Sequence record: SRR31156797_4757
Strand: one strand, 5' to 3'
Length of the DNA stretch: 33,167 nt
Below the pieces are notes generated by a model that saw nothing but the letters and a program-made list of their open reading frames with translations, did no database searches and was not told where the DNA came from. Position 1 is the stretch's first letter. Each line of letters opens with the position of its first letter. Position numbers and translations under genes: made by a program. Below are positions 29,506-33,167 of this stretch, piece after piece.

Positions 29506-30552
29506 ATGCAAGGCAAATGCGGTCTCTTTTTTACCTCCTATAGCGGCGAAGCCCGGATTTTCCAATCCGGTTTCCAAAAACTCATGATCGGCTTGCTTGT
29601 TGCGGCCTTGTGTGTTGCCCCATTGGTACTCGACGTCTTTACGACATCCGTCATGAACCTGATTTTTATCTCGGTTATCGGCGCAGTGTCCCTCAATTTG
29701 TTGACCGGCGTATGCGGGCAGATTTCCCTCGGTCATGGTGCATTTATTGGTGTGGGTGCGTACGCAGCAGGGCAATGCTCCCTACATGGTGTTCCCTTCC
29801 CGCTGGCGATCCTGACCGGAGGGCTGATTACGGCCATGGTCGGTATGGTGTTTGGCGTTCCTTCACTCAGGCTCAAGGGTATTTATCTCGCTATCGCAAC
29901 GTTGGCGGCCCAGTTGGTGCTTGAATACGTGTTCCTGCATGGCGGGGCGTTGACCGGTGGGTCCAACGGGCTGCTGCTCGATCCTCCACAGATGTTCGGT
30001 TTCAGTTTCGATACCGAGGGCCGGATGTACTATCTGCTCTTTGCTTTTGCCGCTGCCAGTCTGCTCATGGTGTCAAATATCATGCGGTCCAAGTACGGAC
30101 GGGCTTTCGTGTCCATCAGGGATTTCTATCTGTCGGCTGAAATCGTGGGAGTGAACTTGTTTTGGTACAAGCTCATCGCATTCGGCGTCAGTTCGTTTTT
30201 AGCGGGAGTGGCCGGTGGCCTGTGGGGGCATTACACGGGATACATTTCTGCCGAGCAGTTCAATATAGGGCTGTCCATTTCCTACCTTGCCATGATCATT
30301 ATCGGCGGATTGGGGTCGGTCATCGGTTCTGTGTTCGGTGCCATATTCATTGTACTGCTCCCGGAAGTCCTCAACATTCTTGCGAACGGCGTGGGGGCGT
30401 ATTTCCCGGACATCGCCCAGCACATTGTGGCTCTGCGCGAAGGTGTGTTCGGATTGGTTCTTATTTTGTTCCTGATTTTTGAACCGGAAGGACTGGCAAA
30501 TCGTTGGCGTTTGGCCAAGGCGTATTGGAAGTTGTATCCGTTTGCTCATTAG
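29506..30552 (+). CDS. ABC permease, LivM-like
   Basis: LNLLTG..GQISLGH, LRLKGIYLAIATL, GRAF..IRD and EPEGL. Confidence 0.92.
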   Translation: MQGKCGLFFTSYSGEARIFQSGFQKLMIGLLVAALCVAPLVLDVFTTSVMNLIFISVIGAVSLNLLTGVCGQISLGHGAFIGVGAYAAGQCSLHGVPFPLAILTGGLITAMVGMVFGVPSLRLKGIYLAIATLAAQLVLEYVFLHGGALTGGSNGLLLDPPQMFGFSFDTEGRMYYLLFAFAAASLLMVSNIMRSKYGRAFVSIRDFYLSAEIVGVNLFWYKLIAFGVSSFLAGVAGGLWGHYTGYISAEQFNIGLSISYLAMIIIGGLGSVIGSVFGAIFIVLLPEVLNILANGVGAYFPDIAQHIVALREGVFGLVLILFLIFEPEGLANRWRLAKAYWKLYPFAH

Positions 30553-30638
30553 GCATAATCCCGCAAAAGGCGGGTTGAAAATAGAAATGACGTCTCGTTC
30601 ACAGTGGAGGGACGTGTCAACCTCAATCCCTTAGGAGA

Positions 30639-31859
30639 ATGACTATGAGGGTAGGTACAATCATAACTGCGGTTTGCATCACGCTTTTGGCCGGGCTGAT
30701 GCTGTTTGGCTGCGGAGGCGAAGACAAGAAATCGGCTGAAACTTCAACCAACGACGCTTCACCTATCAAAGTGGGTGGCCTTATTGATCTGTCTGGTCCC
30801 ACGTCGTCCGTGGGTGCTCCGTATGCAGAAGGCATCAAGGGCGGCGTCAAGTACGTTAACGAGAACGGCGGCATCGATGGCCGTATGATTGAACTGAATC
30901 TTCAGGACACTGCCTATAATGTCCAGCAGGGCCTTTCTTTGTACAAGAAGATGGTCAACACCGACAAGGTTGTCTGTATTCAAGGGTATGGCTCGGCTGT
31001 GACCGAAGCTCTGATCCGCAATCTGGCCAAGGACAAGGTCCCTGATCTTTCCGCATCCTATTCCGCGCATCTGACCGATCCGAAAAAGGCTCCTTACAAC
31101 TTTTTCATAGCGGCGGATTATTCCACGCAGGCCCGTGCTGCCATCAAGTATTTCCATGAAAACTGGAAGGGCGAAGGCGCACCCAAGATTGCCTTTATCT
31201 ATCCCGATCACCCTTATGGTTTGGCTCCTATTGCTGGTGCCAAGGCATACGCCGAAGAACTCGGTTACGATGTCGTGGGCGAAGCCAATGTTTCGCTCAA
31301 GGCTATCGACGCCACCACCGAGTTGTTGCCCCTCAAGGATTTGGCTCCCGATTTTTGCTGGATAGGCGGAACAACGCCGTCCACATCGGTCATTCTCAAG
31401 TCTGCCAAGAATATCGGCATGAATACGACCTTTTTTACCAATATTTGGGGCTCTGATGAAAATCTGCCCAAATTGGCTGGAGAGGATGCCAACGGTGCAT
31501 ATTCCAATCAGGCCGCCGCAGTGTATGGGCAGGACGTTCCCGGCATGAAGGCTATTATGGAAATTACCGACAACAAACCGCAGATGACACATTACATCCG
31601 TGGTTTTGTGTCCGTGTTGGTTATGGCCGAGGGCCTCAAACGTGCAAATGCCAACGGTCCAGTGATAGGCGAGTCTCTTAAGACGGCTCTTGAAACCCTT
31701 CGCGATTTCGATCCCATGGGACTGGCTCCGCTCATTTCCTACTTCCCGGATGATCACCGCCCGAATATGGCCGTGTTCCTGTATGTCATCAAAGATGGCA
31801 AGCTCACTTTCGTGAAAGAGGAAATCCTGAACCGTCGAGCCGATTGGCTGGGACATTAA
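30639..31859 (+). CDS. ABC substrate-binding lipoprotein, LivK/LivJ-like
   Basis: Lipobox LFGC, DLSGPT and NENGGIDGR. Start at 30639 or 30645. Confidence 0.9.
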   Translation: MTMRVGTIITAVCITLLAGLMLFGCGGEDKKSAETSTNDASPIKVGGLIDLSGPTSSVGAPYAEGIKGGVKYVNENGGIDGRMIELNLQDTAYNVQQGLSLYKKMVNTDKVVCIQGYGSAVTEALIRNLAKDKVPDLSASYSAHLTDPKKAPYNFFIAADYSTQARAAIKYFHENWKGEGAPKIAFIYPDHPYGLAPIAGAKAYAEELGYDVVGEANVSLKAIDATTELLPLKDLAPDFCWIGGTTPSTSVILKSAKNIGMNTTFFTNIWGSDENLPKLAGEDANGAYSNQAAAVYGQDVPGMKAIMEITDNKPQMTHYIRGFVSVLVMAEGLKRANANGPVIGESLKTALETLRDFDPMGLAPLISYFPDDHRPNMAVFLYVIKDGKLTFVKEEILNRRADWLGH

Positions 31860-31874
31860 AAACTGTTGAAAATT

Positions 31875-31966
31875 CCGGGCTGGCGTCGTTGCTTCGGCAA
31901 ATTCAGACTCTTACGTAGGAGGACTACGCTTCGATCCAGAATTTGCCTTGCGCCTACCCAGCCCGG
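31875..31966. repeat. Long imperfect palindrome (REP-like element)
   Basis: Nested arms CCGGGCTGG/CCAGCCCGG, GGCAAATTC/GAATTTGCC and CGTAG/CTACG, followed by a T-run. Confidence 0.65.
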
Positions 31967-32041
31967 TTTTTGTTTTTGAAGAAATAGAAAAAAGACTGAG
32001 GGCGGTTTCAATCGTTCTTAGTCATATCGCGGGAGTCCCTC

Positions 32042-32842
32042 TTGAATAACGTACTGAAGGTCGAAAATCTGGAAGTCGTCTATAATGACGTCGTTCTCGT
32101 GCTGAAAGGGTTGTCCCTGGCCTGTCCATTGGGAGAAATCACAGCTTTGCTTGGCGCTAATGGCGCGGGCAAATCAACTACCTTGAAAGCTATTTCCGGC
32201 CTGCTTGAGACCGAAGACGGCGAGGTCACGGACGGAACTATTTTGTACAAGGATGAGCCGATTCAAGGGACTATCCCCGAGAAGATCGTCAGGAAAGGCA
32301 TTTTTCAGGTCATGGAAGGGCGTCGTATTTTCGAAGACTTGACCGTTGAAGAAAACCTCAAATGCGGTGCATTTACCCGTCCACGTTCCGAGATCAATGC
32401 GTCCATGGAAAAGGTCTATGATTATTTCCCCCGGCTTCGGGAACGGTGCAAGCAACTTGCAGGCTACATGTCTGGTGGCGAACAGCAGATGTGCGCCATT
32501 GGTCGCGCCATCATGGCGAAGCCCGACTTGCTTCTCCTTGACGAGCCATCCCTCGGCTTGGCGCCACTGTTGGTGGAAGAAATTTTTGACATCATCAAGA
32601 AGATCAACGCTGAAGAAGGCGTGACCATCCTCTTGGTGGAACAGAACGCTCGCGCGGCCCTGTCCGTGGCGCAACAGGCGTACATTATGGAAAATGGTCG
32701 GGTCGTCATGGACGGCACTGCCGCTGAGTTACTCAACAACCCGGATGTGCAGGAATTTTATCTTGGCATGGGGAAGAGCGGCGACAAACGATCTTATCGG
32801 GATGTAAAGCATTATCGCCGTCGTAAGCGTTGGCTTGGGTGA
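32042..32842 (+). CDS. ABC ATPase, LivF-like
   Basis: TTG start after GGGAG, GANGAGKST, SGGEQQM, LDEPSLGL and VEQNA. Confidence 0.92.
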   Translation: MNNVLKVENLEVVYNDVVLVLKGLSLACPLGEITALLGANGAGKSTTLKAISGLLETEDGEVTDGTILYKDEPIQGTIPEKIVRKGIFQVMEGRRIFEDLTVEENLKCGAFTRPRSEINASMEKVYDYFPRLRERCKQLAGYMSGGEQQMCAIGRAIMAKPDLLLLDEPSLGLAPLLVEEIFDIIKKINAEEGVTILLVEQNARAALSVAQQAYIMENGRVVMDGTAAELLNNPDVQEFYLGMGKSGDKRSYRDVKHYRRRKRWLG

Positions 32843-33098
32843 CGGCTGTCCATAGCGGGGTATCTGCACATTTATCCTACTCTGAACAGCCTTCAGGTGT
32901 GATAGGGGGCGCTGTTGGGTGCTGGAGCACCAAGGTGCTTTGGTTGGTGAGAGATTGTTGATTTGCTAGAAATATTTTTAGATCTGTCGTAAAAGGGAAG
33001 GACTGTATTTTTAGACTGATTTCTACGCCGCTTTATTTACTTTTCTCGTTGGCATGACCTGTCAGTGGCGTAGCGACAAAAAGTTTAGGAAGGGGGTT

Positions 33099-33149
33099 CC
33101 AAGGGGGAGAACCCTTTTCAAAGGGTTTCCCCCTTGGCCGCCGGAGGCA
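33099..33149. repeat. REP-like palindrome
   Basis: CCAAGGGGGAGAACCCTTTTCAAAGGGTTTCCCCCTTGG followed by CCGCCGGAGGC. Confidence 0.65.
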
Positions 33150-33167
33150 TCTTCAAATGTACTACAG

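Noticed and set aside
21622-31856. Long antisense ORFs (21622-22845, 22560-23414, 27730-28617, 30759-31856)
   Set aside because: Antisense shadows of well-supported GC-rich genes with no recognisable domains.

Overview
Bacterial chromosome segment, most likely from a Desulfovibrionaceae-type deltaproteobacterium (inferred from gene content and repeat style). A complete, AT-richer Tn7-like transposon (2869-19090, 16,222 bp) is inserted 13 bp downstream of the lepA-lepB operon. It has TGT...ACA terminal inverted repeats, a perfect 5-bp target-site duplication (AAAAT) and internal TnsB-type repeats. It separates lepB from what looks like its native terminator. The element encodes tnsA (1-bp frameshift)-tnsB-tnsC-tniQ at one end and a divergent TnsE-like gene alone at the other. 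Its cargo is a complete AVAST type 1 (Avs1a/b/c) anti-phage system followed by two candidate defence genes: a PIN-like 411-aa protein and a DUF2971-like protein. To the right are host genes: an MBL hydrolase, a MerR-CMD pair with a canonical 19-bp-spacer promoter, a CobD-CobQ fusion, a pentapeptide-repeat protein, and a CBS-ACT/Liv-type ABC/acyl-CoA synthetase cluster. Two REP-like palindromes lie in intergenic gaps. All family assignments come from motif recognition by eye, with no database searches.
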